The position numbers were made by a program, and so were the translations under genes. DNA of 64,000 nt from an uncultured Verrucomicrobiae bacterium (GTDB taxonomy: Bacteria; Verrucomicrobiota; Verrucomicrobiia; Chthoniobacterales; Chthoniobacteraceae), in NCBI GenBank assembly GCA_963769025.1, contig CAVYKI010000010.1:320001-384000 (forward strand), given 5' to 3'. The notes under the pieces were generated by a model. It was not told the origin of the DNA. It did no database searches and saw only the letters and a list, made by a program, of their open reading frames with translations. Below are positions 41,867 to 51,841 of the stretch, one piece after another; position 1 is the first letter of the stretch, and each line of letters starts with the position of its first letter.

Positions 41867-41904
41867 GCGCCTGGAGCGCCGATTCGGAGCAGTGCCGGCG
41901 GAGG

Positions 41905-42330
41905 TTACGCCGCCGGCGTCGCCTTCTGCTGGCGGATGACCATCTTGGCGAAGGTCTCGACCGTGAAGAGCTTCGCGATCTCCGCAGCCTTCACCGGGGA
42001 CTTGATGCGGTCGGCGGGGACTTCGCTGAGGAATTCGCGCAGGCGCTGCTCGCCCGCGGGCGTGAGCGTGCCGCCTTTTTCAAACTCGGCCTCGGACAGC
42101 GGGCCGCGTGCGTCCTCGATGATTTTGCCGCGCGGGATCTTCACTTTGAACGCGCGCTCGAGGCGGAAGACGATGTCGAGGAAATCAATGGACTCCGCGC
42201 CGAGGTCGCCGATGAGCGACGAGTCGGGCTTCACATCGGCGGCGTCGCAGCCGAGCGCGTCGGCGATGGTGTCGGCGACCTTCGGGAGGATGGCGGAGAT
42301 TTCTTCGGTGGTGATGTTGGTGTTGCTCAT
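41905..42330 (-). CDS. Long specialised acyl carrier protein (AcpXL-like)
   Basis: DLGAESIDFLDIVFRLERAFKVKIP; 141 aa with an insertion after helix II. Confidence 0.9.
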   Translation of the reverse strand: MSNTNITTEEISAILPKVADTIADALGCDAADVKPDSSLIGDLGAESIDFLDIVFRLERAFKVKIPRGKIIEDARGPLSEAEFEKGGTLTPAGEQRLREFLSEVPADRIKSPVKAAEIAKLFTVETFAKMVIRQQKATPAA

Positions 42331-42336
42331 AAATTT

Positions 42337-43113
42337 TCACTCCATCTTGAATCCACCGTCCACGGACAGGATCTGGCCGGTGATGTAGTCGGAATAGCGC
42401 GAGGCGAGAAACCACACAGCGTGCGCGATGTCCCCGGGCTTGCCAATGCGTTTCAGCAGGATGCGCGAGGTGATCTGGTCGCCCGCGAGTTCGCGGACGG
42501 TCTTGGACATCTCGGTGTCGATGACGCCCGGCGCGACGGCGTTCACGCGGATGTTGCGCGAGGCAACCTCGCACGCGAGCGAGCGGGTCATGCCGTTGAT
42601 GGCTCCCTTGCTCGCGGCGTAATTCGTCTGGCCGCGCCCGCCCTTTTCGCCCGAGACGGAGCTGATGTTGATGATGCGCCCGCGGCGTTTGCTCATCATG
42701 AACGGCACCACCGAGCGGCACATGTTGAACGCGCCCTCGACGTTCGTCGCGAGCACGGTGCGGATGTCGTCGTCGCTCAACATGCCGAGCAGTCCGTCGC
42801 GGATGACGCCCGCGTTGTTCACGAGCACGTCGATGCGCTCCGTGCGGTCCGCGACTTCCTCGGTGAACGCCTGGCACGCGGCGGAGTCGCGCACGTCCAC
42901 GGCCTTCGCGGAGACTTTTGCATCGGGCAGCGCGGCGGTGATGGCGGCGATCCCTTCCTGCGCCGCAGCGGCATTTCCGAGATAGGTGAAAATGACCTCC
43001 ATTCCCGCAGCCGCGAGCGTCTCGACAATCGCGCGGCCAATGCCGCGGCTGCCCCCGGTGACAATCGCCACGCCACCGGCGAGGCCTGAATCTGCGAGCG
43101 AAGGAGCGGTCAT
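42337..43113 (-). CDS. fabG: 3-oxoacyl-ACP reductase
   Basis: TGGSRGIG, NNAGVIRD and GQTNYAASK motifs. Confidence 0.92.
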   Translation of the reverse strand: MTAPSLADSGLAGGVAIVTGGSRGIGRAIVETLAAAGMEVIFTYLGNAAAAQEGIAAITAALPDAKVSAKAVDVRDSAACQAFTEEVADRTERIDVLVNNAGVIRDGLLGMLSDDDIRTVLATNVEGAFNMCRSVVPFMMSKRRGRIINISSVSGEKGGRGQTNYAASKGAINGMTRSLACEVASRNIRVNAVAPGVIDTEMSKTVRELAGDQITSRILLKRIGKPGDIAHAVWFLASRYSDYITGQILSVDGGFKME

Positions 43114-43865
43114 CCGGAGATGCAGTAGCCGCCGTCCACGACGAGCGTGTGGCCGGTGATGAGCGCCGCTTCGGGCTGGCAGAGGAGATAGACGGCGTCC
43201 GCGACGTGCGCGGGCGTGAGTGACTCCTGGATCGGCGTGCGGCGCATCGACTCGGCGAGGAGTTCCTCGCGGTTCGGAAAATGTTTCAGCGCGTCCGTAT
43301 CCACGACGCCGGCACTGACGATGTTCACGCGGATGCGGCGCGAGCCGAGTTCCTGCGCGAGTGCGCGGGCGAGCGATTCGAGCGCGGCCTTCGACGCGCC
43401 GATGAACGAATAGTGCGGAATCGCACGCAGCGAACCGAGGCTGGAAAGGCCGATGAGCACGCCGCCATCCGTCATGAGCGGCACCGCCTGCTGAGCGAGC
43501 GTGTTCAGCGCGAGGGCGTTCGTCTCCATGCAGCGGCGCCAGTGCTTGAGCGTGAGTTCCATCGCGGGCTTCAGCACGCCGATGGCCGCATTGCTCACCA
43601 CGATGTCCACGCGGTCGAACTGTTTCCGAAATTCCACGAACGCCTCCGCGATGCTCGTCGGGTCGCTCACATCCGCCTGCAACGCCATGGCGCGGCGTCC
43701 GAGATCGCGGATCGTTTTGCAGAGCGCCTCCGCCTCCTCGTGGCTGTTGAAATACACGATCGCGACATCACAGCCGGCGCGGGCCAGCTTGAGCGCAGTC
43801 GCGCGCCCGATGCCGCGCGCGCCGCCGGTGATGAAGGCAATCTTGCCTGAAAGCGTTTCGCTCAT
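43110..43865 (-). CDS. fabL: FabL-like enoyl-ACP reductase (SDR)
   Basis: TGGARGIG, VSNAAIGVLKP, YSFIGASK (Y-x6-K) and VDTDALKHFP motifs. Confidence 0.82.
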   Translation of the reverse strand: MSETLSGKIAFITGGARGIGRATALKLARAGCDVAIVYFNSHEEAEALCKTIRDLGRRAMALQADVSDPTSIAEAFVEFRKQFDRVDIVVSNAAIGVLKPAMELTLKHWRRCMETNALALNTLAQQAVPLMTDGGVLIGLSSLGSLRAIPHYSFIGASKAALESLARALAQELGSRRIRVNIVSAGVVDTDALKHFPNREELLAESMRRTPIQESLTPAHVADAVYLLCQPEAALITGHTLVVDGGYCISG

Positions 43866-44076
43866 TTGATAAATGGGCGCGGAGTGTGTGGGCGCTGCGG
43901 AAAAAAATCAACAGGCGGCGTCAGGAAATGCGAAGCGCGGAATTCGGAGTGCGGAATGGCGTATTCCGTAGCCACCGAGGGATCACGACGACCTTGCTCT
44001 GCCTCGGGTCTGGTTCGGAACGGCTCGTGCGCTGCGAAGGCGGCGGCGAGATCGGCCAGCCTCCTGCCTTCGGTGG

Positions 44077-44688
44077 TTACAGCTTTGGAAACAACCGTCC
44101 CGTCCTCACCAGATGCGCGCGGTAGCTCTCGCCGTGCGTCGCGATGAGGTAGGCCTCCTCGTCCGCAGCCTTCAGCCACACGCAGGCGAGGTGAAACGCG
44201 AGCAGCAAGAGCGAACACACCGTGGGCAGCAGCAAGAACGCGCCGGCAAGCATCACGACCTGCAGGGCGTAAATGGGATGCCTGACCCGCGCAAACGGCC
44301 CGTCGGTGACCAGCACATTTTTCTCCTGCTGGTTCACGCCGATGCGCCAGGAACTGCCCATGATCGCGTAGCACCACAGCGTGCCCGCGTAGCCCGCGAC
44401 GACGAGCGTGAGCCCGAGAATCATCAGCCCCCGATGCTCGAGCAGCGGCCAGAGCCGCACGAAGGTCCACGCGTTTTCCCCGACAAAGAACGGCTGGCCA
44501 ATCCACACGGCGATGGCCAGCAGCCAGCCGAACCAAAGCACGCGCTCCTTCGTCCCGCTGGGCGTCATGTTTGGCGAACGCCCGATTTTCTTCCGCACCC
44601 GTCGTGCCTGGATCAGCACGCCAGCCCAGTAAACCAGCCCCGAGCCCGCGACGACTGCCTTGCGCAGCAGCAGTTCGTCAACGCCCAT
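44077..44688 (-). CDS. Isoprenylcysteine/phospholipid methyltransferase family membrane protein
   Basis: MGSSWRIG, LVTDGPFARVRHPIY and EEAYL...HGESY motifs. Confidence 0.85.
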   Translation of the reverse strand: MGVDELLLRKAVVAGSGLVYWAGVLIQARRVRKKIGRSPNMTPSGTKERVLWFGWLLAIAVWIGQPFFVGENAWTFVRLWPLLEHRGLMILGLTLVVAGYAGTLWCYAIMGSSWRIGVNQQEKNVLVTDGPFARVRHPIYALQVVMLAGAFLLLPTVCSLLLLAFHLACVWLKAADEEAYLIATHGESYRAHLVRTGRLFPKL

Positions 44689-45745
44689 GGCCTTGGGCGC
44701 GTCGTGCACGGATCAGCCGCTGGAGTTCGATCACCCAGTGGCGTTTCACGCTCTTCCACACGTCCGCGCCGAAAATGATGCCCTCCGGATTTTCGATGTC
44801 CTGCGGTTCCGTCGGCTTCGAACTGGGCACGTAATTGTTGATCCACGCGATCGCGCGCGGGTTTGAGAGCAGGCGCTCGATCTCGGGCGTGACGGCATGG
44901 GTGCGAAGGCTGTGGGCCGGCAGCTGGACGTTGCGCACTTTCGCGCGGCCAAGCGAGCGGTAGTGGTTCGCAGAGCCGTAACCGAGGAAGTCGCCACCGA
45001 GCACATCCATGGGGACGTAAAATCCGGTGAACTCATCGACCGTGTCCGGGATCGCACGCAGCGAGAGCATGATGTCCCATTGGTTTGGAAGCATGCGCCC
45101 CGCGCCTCCGCCGCCGAGCGCCGCGATGTAGGAAACGCTCAGCCCCACGACAGGTCGCGGCTTCCCCGTGAGCGGGTCCGTGATTCCCGTGCGCTCCTCG
45201 GGCTTCCAAGTCAGCGGGCTCCACACCGAAAGGCGGCTGGCGCCCTGCCCGGCGAGGAGCTGCAGCGTTTTCACCGCCTGCATGCAACCCTGGCTGTGCC
45301 CGATGATCATCGGCCTCATCCCCTCCTGTTCGTAATACCAAGCGACGATCCCGGCGAACAGCTCCGCCTCGTAGTAGCAGCTGATCGTGTATTGGCCGCC
45401 CGGCTGCCGGACGGCGCGATCCGGATAGCCCATGCCGACGAGGAATTTTGAAAACGACGTCAGTCTCTTTTGCACGGGCGCGATGCCGCCGTGGATATTG
45501 ATGAGGTGCGGCGCGGGCGCGCCGGCGAGGACGTTGCGCACGTCCGACTCGGTCACGCGCTCCGGGTTCAACGCGAGGATCCGGTTTTCCTGTTCGCGCG
45601 ACATTTTGCCAACTGCGCCTCGGAGGCCCTGCTCGATTTCGGCCGCCGTCGCCGGACCCGCGGGGACGAGATCAAACTTCGCGCATCCTGCAGCCATCAG
45701 CATCACGGCGAGCACCGCGAACATGGATGAAAGTCGGCGCTTCAT
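44678..45745 (-). CDS. Lipoprotein with alpha/beta-hydrolase signature
   Basis: Lipobox AAGC; IHGG oxyanion-like motif; GHSQG nucleophile elbow. Confidence 0.75.
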   Translation of the reverse strand: MKRRLSSMFAVLAVMLMAAGCAKFDLVPAGPATAAEIEQGLRGAVGKMSREQENRILALNPERVTESDVRNVLAGAPAPHLINIHGGIAPVQKRLTSFSKFLVGMGYPDRAVRQPGGQYTISCYYEAELFAGIVAWYYEQEGMRPMIIGHSQGCMQAVKTLQLLAGQGASRLSVWSPLTWKPEERTGITDPLTGKPRPVVGLSVSYIAALGGGGAGRMLPNQWDIMLSLRAIPDTVDEFTGFYVPMDVLGGDFLGYGSANHYRSLGRAKVRNVQLPAHSLRTHAVTPEIERLLSNPRAIAWINNYVPSSKPTEPQDIENPEGIIFGADVWKSVKRHWVIELQRLIRARRAQGHGR

Positions 45746-47040
45746 ACAGCGGCCTCCAATCCGCTGACCGCCGCGAGAAACCTCTCGCGCATCGCGGATA
45801 TCTCAGCGCGCGAGAAAACCGACGTGCGATACGACATCGCGAGATTCACGCCCTTGGAAAATGTCGTGACCGAGAGCACGAGCGGCGTTACCGGCCCCGT
45901 GGACACGGTTCGCAAGTAATCCAACGGCTGCACCGACGATGGTACGGATGGAAGTTTCTTGAGGTTCATATTCGTGAGCCCGCCCCAGAGCGGATAGTTC
46001 TTCGGATAGAATCGCCGCCGCTGGTTCGTCGAGAACAAAGACATCAGCCGCAGGACGAGCCCCATTTCGAGCGCGTTCGCAAGGTGGAGTCCGCCGCGCT
46101 TGAACCGCTGCGTCTGGCCCGCAATCGAGCGCGCCAGTTGCGAAATGCCGGCGGTCTCGGCGATGCGGCAGGTCACGGAAAACGAACCGAGTACCAGCCC
46201 GAACGCGTCGTCGTCCTTCATGCCGAGATCGCGCCGCGCGTTCACGATGCAACCGAGCGAAATCCGGTCGCGGCCCGGGCGGCGCGCGGCCTCGCACAAT
46301 GGCGCGAGCGACCACATCAGCAGCGCGAGCAGCAGATCGTTCACGGTGACACCGAGCCTCCTGGCGGCGCCAATCAACGTCTCCAGCTCGCTATTGCCGA
46401 GCGTGAAAAGCTCCAGCCCGTTTCGGAAATCGTCGCCGTCCGTGCCGCCGGGGCGAATCGCCTTCCGCATGGCGTGAAACTGCGCGGGCAGCGCCAGCAG
46501 CTTGCGCACCCAGCGATCTGGCCGCCATCGCGCGCCTTCGCCAGTCGCGGGCCGGCAGTTCCAACGTTGCTTCGGCACCGTCGCCCCGGCCGCGCAGTAG
46601 TCCGCAGCCAGTTCGCACGCGAGCCGCACGATCGGCTCCGCATCCGCGATCGCGTGGAAATAGACGATCCCCAGCCAGCACGAATCGCCATCCGGCAGCG
46701 CAAAAAACCGGAACGGCGTGAACTCTCCGACCCGGGCGAATCTCACGTTAATCTGCCGCTCCATCTCGGCACGCAGCGCGGCGGCTGAATCGCCACCTGG
46801 CGGAATCACCGTCAACTCGACCGCCGCAGGCCCACCGCGAAATTCAAAGCTGCGACCCTCCGGCCCGATGGACAATCCGGTCAGTCCGCGCGCTTCCAAG
46901 GCCCCCGCGATCGTCTGCCGCAACCGCTCCGCATCGCACGCCGCGGGCACGCGGATCCCATGCACCGCATTGTATGGGTGCATGTCGTCCCACAGCAGCA
47001 TCGTGCGTTGGAAAGTGTTGAAGCGGCCTGTCACAGACAT
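45742..47040 (-). CDS. Condensation-domain-like CoA/ACP-dependent acyltransferase
   Basis: FQRTM...YNA, YFHAIADA (HHxxxDG variant), LGVTVNDLLLA, IVNARR and GLTN motifs. Confidence 0.75.
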   Translation of the reverse strand: MSVTGRFNTFQRTMLLWDDMHPYNAVHGIRVPAACDAERLRQTIAGALEARGLTGLSIGPEGRSFEFRGGPAAVELTVIPPGGDSAAALRAEMERQINVRFARVGEFTPFRFFALPDGDSCWLGIVYFHAIADAEPIVRLACELAADYCAAGATVPKQRWNCRPATGEGARWRPDRWVRKLLALPAQFHAMRKAIRPGGTDGDDFRNGLELFTLGNSELETLIGAARRLGVTVNDLLLALLMWSLAPLCEAARRPGRDRISLGCIVNARRDLGMKDDDAFGLVLGSFSVTCRIAETAGISQLARSIAGQTQRFKRGGLHLANALEMGLVLRLMSLFSTNQRRRFYPKNYPLWGGLTNMNLKKLPSVPSSVQPLDYLRTVSTGPVTPLVLSVTTFSKGVNLAMSYRTSVFSRAEISAMRERFLAAVSGLEAAV

Positions 47041-47172
47041 TCCGGCGAGACTGGCGGAGTCGCGCGCGGGGTTCAATCGCCGCGTGACGCGGACTCGCCT
47101 GTCCGCGGCTCACGATGCGTCCTCCAAGGTTCCGTCCGCCTCCCGGGTTATCCCCTGCGTTCCCCATTCCCC

Positions 47173-48732
47173 ATGAACAAGAAAGCAAAACGCGCTTCGA
47201 CCGGCGCATCCGACATCTCCCGCCGCGGCTTCCTGAAATCCTCCGCCACCGCCGCGCTCGGCGGCACGCTGACGGCGGGCGTTTCCGCAGCCGCGGAATA
47301 TCGCGGCATCATCGCGGAGGAAAACGCAAAACCCGGCTCGGACGACTGGCAGCTCACCCGCGTGCGGCTCGACAAGAACGGCGGCTTCCGCGCGCCGGCC
47401 ATCGAGGGCTACTGCTCGCGGCAATCCGTCCTCGCGGGCGAGACGCTCGACATCATGGTGAGCACGAGCCCGCCGGTGCAGTTCACCATCGAGATTTTCC
47501 GCACCGGCTACTACGGCGGAAAGGGCGCGCGGCTGATGACCGTGCTCGGGCCATTCGCCGGGAAAAAGCAGCCCGATCCCGAAATCGGCGAGAAGCGTCT
47601 GCGCGAATGCCAATGGGAGCCGAGCGCTTCGCTGAAGATCCCCGGCGACTGGCCGAGCGGCGTCTATCTCGGGCGGCTCACGACGATTCCCGAGGCGACG
47701 GACAGACCGTATTGGCAGAGCTACGTCGTCTTCATCGTGCGCGACACGCGCAAGGCCGACATCCTTTTCCAGTGCAGCGACAACACCTGGCAGGCCTACA
47801 ACAGATGGCCCGACAACTGGTCGCTCTACACCGACCCGCGCGGCGCACAGGCACGCGACGTGAAGGTGAGCTTCGACCGCCCCTACGCGAAGTACGCGCA
47901 AATCTACGACAACCCGCAGTCGCTCGGCAGCGGCGAGTGGCTGTGCTTCGAGTTCCCCGCCGCCTACTGGCTCGAGCAGCACGGCTACGACGTGACGTAT
48001 TGCTCGAACAGCGACTGCCTCGACGCCTCGCAGCTCACGCGCTGCAAATCATTCATCAGCATCGGCCACGACGAGTACTGGGACGTGCGGCAATACGACG
48101 CGGCGAAGAGCGCAATCGAATCCGGCGTGAACATGCTCTGGCTCTCGGGAAATTCCGTCTTCTGCGTGTCGCCGTTCACGCCATCACACGACGGCCGGGC
48201 GAACCGCATCATCGAGCGCACCGGCCATTTCGCGGGGCTCAGCAACGACGAGGTCGCAAAGGAAAAGGCCGTGTTCACGGAAAACTATTTCCGCGCCGGG
48301 CCGGACGAGAGCCTCATCATCGGCGCGCGCAGCATCGTGCCCTTCAACGGCGGCGGCGACTGGATCTGCACGAAACCCGACCACTGGATCTTCGCCGGCA
48401 CCGGCATGAAGCACGGCGACAGCATCCGCGGCCTCGTCGGCTGGGAACACCACGGCGCTCCGGCGAAAATCCCCGGCCTCGAAGTCGTCGCCGAGGGCAC
48501 CGCATGGCGCGGCGGCACCACGCCCGCGCACTAGACCGCGACGATTTTCCCCGGCCCGAAGAACAACTTCGTCTTCAACGCCGCGACGATCTTCTGGGCG
48601 CAAGGCCTCGGCAACCCGCCCGGCCACATGCTCCCATGGTCGCACTGGTCCCGCCCGCACGGCCCGGACGAACGCGTGCAGCGCATCACAAAGAATCTCC
48701 TCGACCGCGCGATTCCCGGCGCGGCGCGTTGA
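47173..48732 (+). CDS. Tat-exported N,N-dimethylformamidase beta-subunit-like protein with an in-frame TAG at 48532
   Basis: SRRGFLK, TWQAYN.W, VSFDRPY and GHDEYW motifs; the frame continues after the TAG to TGA at 48730 (VFNAATIFW...VQRITKNLL). Confidence 0.75.
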
Positions 48733-48738
48733 AGTCGA

Positions 48739-50106
48739 CTACCCGAGCGTCCAGCCCTTGCGATATTCGCGGCGCAGGAATTGCTCGGCGTCCGGCGCGT
48801 TCGGGAAGCGCATCGTCGGCGGCGTCCCACTCGAGCTTCTTTGCCGGCGCGATAGGCGACGTTGCCGAGGTGGTTCGCCTCGGTGAGCGGGCCGCTGTAG
48901 CCGAAGTTGCACGTCGTCGGCGCGCCGGTCTTGCAGGCGTGGATCCATTCCGGGTGATGGCCGATCGAGTGCGGGATCGTCTGCGGCGGGCGGCACGAAG
49001 CCCTCGAACTGCTTCTCCGGCAGCAGCACGTGCTTGCCGTAGTCGGAGAGCAGCATCCCCTTGTCGCCGACGAAGAGCACGCCGTTCGGCCCACTGCGGG
49101 ATCACCTTTTCCGTCCACTGCGGCGGCTTCATCTGGCCCTGATACCACGTGAGCTTCACCGGCGGCATCGCGCCGCGCGCGCCGTACGCGTAGGTCGCGC
49201 TCATCGTCGCCGGCGCGATCTCCGGATGCGGCGGCGGGCCGCTCGCCTCGATGGTCAGCGGCGCGTCGAGCTTCAGCGCCCAGAACGGCAGATCGTTCCA
49301 GTGCGAGCCGAGGTCGCTCATCGTGCCGTTGCCGAAATCCCACCAGCGATACCACTTCGGCCCGGGGAAATAGACGCTGTTGATACGGGCGCATCGGCGC
49401 GGGGCCGATCCACAGGTCCCAGTCGAGCCCCGGCGGCACGGGCTCCTCCTCGGTCGGCCGTTCGAGCGACAGTCACGATGTCCTTGTACGTCGCCGCGTC
49501 CTCCGCGCGACTGCCGGCCCCACGTGCGGTCCACCCACACATGCACTTCGCGCACCGGGCCGATCGCGCCGCCCTGCACGAGCTCGACGACGCGGCGGTA
49601 GTTGTTCGCTCGCGTGGATCTGCGTGCCCATCTGCGTGGCGACGCCCGCGGCCTTCGCGGCCTCGGTGATGATGCGCGCCTCGTGCACGTCGCGCGTCAG
49701 CGGCTTCTCGCAATAGACGTGCTTTTTCCGCCGCAGCGCCGGCAGCGTGGCAAAGGCGTGCGTGTGCTCGGTCGTGCTGACGACGACGGCGTCGAACTCG
49801 GAGTCCTTCAGCTCGTCGTACAGCTTGCGGAAGTCGCGGAACTTTTTCGCGTCCGGCGCCTTCAGCGCGGCGGCGTTCGAGGTTCTTCTCGTTCACGTCG
49901 CACAGCGCGACGATGTTCTCGCTCGAGCATCGCCCGCCATGTTCGCCGCCGCCGCGCCCGCCGCAGCCGATGATGGCGATGTTGAGCTTACTGTTCGGCG
50001 AAGCGGCACGCAGGATCGCGGGAAAGCCGAGCACCGCACTCGCGGCTGCGGTGGTCTGGAGGAAATGGCGGCGTGTGAAGCGCTGGGGATTTTGCGTGGG
50101 GTTCAT
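48739..50106 (-). CDS. Tat-exported Gfo/Idh/MocA oxidoreductase (several frameshifts)
   Basis: [29 protein letters not shown] and WWDFGNG..SDLGSH motifs. Confidence 0.88.
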
Positions 50107-50236
50107 GGGGTGGAGTTCTTCGGGGTTGGGAAATTCGGCGGCGTTGCCGGGTTGGGTCGGCGCGCAACTGCAGAGCGTCAATTTTGAAGCGCACTGTTTC
50201 TTTGAGTGCGTACGGAAACTCTTTTTGGCGCACAGG

Positions 50237-50334
50237 CGCAGAGACGCGGAGGAAACAGGCAGAAACGCGGAGCGGTCTCTGAGTTTCCCGTCTGCGCGAC
50301 TTCCTTGTTTTCTCCGCGTCTCTGCGTCTCTGCG
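50237..50334. repeat. Intergenic inverted repeat (CGCAGAGACGCGGAG ... CTCCGCGTCTCTGCG)
   Basis: 15-bp perfect arms at 50237-50251 and 50312-50326, plus extra partial units. Confidence 0.7.
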
Positions 50335-50364
50335 TTTTAAAATCTGCCGGCGTATGCTCTATGG

Positions 50365-51735
50365 TCACCCCACCGCCTCGTCCGTCGCCTCCGCGAGCAC
50401 GGCGATGCCTTCCTCCAGCGCGTCGCGCGGAATGGTGAGCGGCGGCGCGATCTTCACCGTCTGCCCCCACGCGCCCACGGGCGCGAAGAGCAGCAGCCCC
50501 TTCCACATGCAGCGCTCGATGATCGCGTGCGCGAGATCGTGGTCGGGCTCCTTCGTGCCGGGCTTCACGCGTCTGCATGCCCGCGACGAGGCCGCGCGCG
50601 GTCACGTGGCCGATCACCTGCGGATGCTTCGCCTGGATCTTCTTCAAGCCCGCGAGCAGCACCGGCTCCAGCGCGGCGGCGTTCTCCGTCAGTTTTTCGC
50701 GGATGATTTTCCGCACGCTCGCGAGCGCGGCGGCGACAGCACACCGGATTGCCCGTGTGCGTGCTCGTCATCGAGCCGGGGCCGAATTGATCCATGATGG
50801 ATTCGCGCCCGATCACCGCGGAGAGCGGCAGCGAACTGCTGATGCCCTTGCCGCAGCAGATCACATCCGGCGACACGCCGTAGTGCTCGAACGCCCAGAA
50901 TTTCCCCGTGCGCCCGAAGCCCGCCTGCACCTCGTCGAAGGTGAGCACGATCTGGTGCTCGTCGCACCACGCGCGCAGCTGCTTCACAAACTCCACCGGC
51001 GCGAAGTCCGGCCCGACGCCCTGATACGTCTCCATGATCACGCCCGCGACATTCTCCGGCTTCATCCCGCGCGCGGCGACCGCTTTCAAAAACGCCTCGA
51101 AGCTCGTGTCCGTCTGCCAGTAGCCGTCGGGAAACGGCGCGGTGATGATCGCCGGGTCTTCGTTCACGATCCAATTCTTCTGCCCCGCCATGCCGCCCGC
51201 CTGCTGCGAGCCGAGCGTGCGCCCGTGAAAGCCGCGCTCCCAGCCGATGATGCCGATCTTCTTGTTCCCGCCGACCTTGATGCCGTGCGCGCGGCTGAGC
51301 TTGATCGCGCACTCCGTCGCCTCCGATCCCGTCGTGAGCAGGAAGACTTTCCGCAGCCCCTCCGGCGCGAGCCCGGCGAGAAACTCCGCGAGTTCCGCGC
51401 GCTCCTCGCTCGGGAAAACATAGTTGTGCAGCAGCCCGCTGTTCACCTGGTCGAGGATCGCCTGCTTCACCTCCGGCGCGCCGTGGCCCGCATTCGTCAC
51501 GAGCACGCCGCTCGACCAGTCGAGCCAGCGGTTGCCGTGCTTGTCGAAAATGGAAATGTCCTCCGCGCGATCCCACACGATCGGCGGCTGCCCGCGCATG
51601 GACTGCGGCTCGAACGTCGCGCAGTTTCTCCAGCGTCGCGACCGAATCCGGATGCGGAATCGGCGTGGCGATGCGGCGATACTTCGTCTCGACGTGCGGC
51701 ACGTCGCGAGGGGTGATGCTGAATTCTTTGCCCAT
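50365..51735 (-). CDS. Class III aminotransferase (frameshifts near 51620, 50735 and 50570)
   Basis: TGSEATE, FHGRT, FDEVQAGFGRTG, GKGISS and STHTGNP motifs. Confidence 0.9.
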
Positions 51736-51841
51736 GGTTGGTGAGGATTGAGCCGCACTTCCTATCGCACATCGGCCCGCGCCGACACGCACTTTGTCAC
51801 GCATCCCGGTACTTCCCCGCCGCACACGGGTGGCGCGCAGC

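Noticed and set aside
36007..47040. Aryl-polyene, ladderane or aromatic type II PKS cluster
   Set aside because: It has an enoyl-reductase-like gene and two Cys-bearing KSs, and lacks an adenylation starter ligase, radical SAM enzymes, cyclases and a clear chain-length factor
48532..48534. Pyrrolysine or amber recoding
   Set aside because: No pyl genes, TAG is used as a normal stop elsewhere, and a single change from TGG explains it
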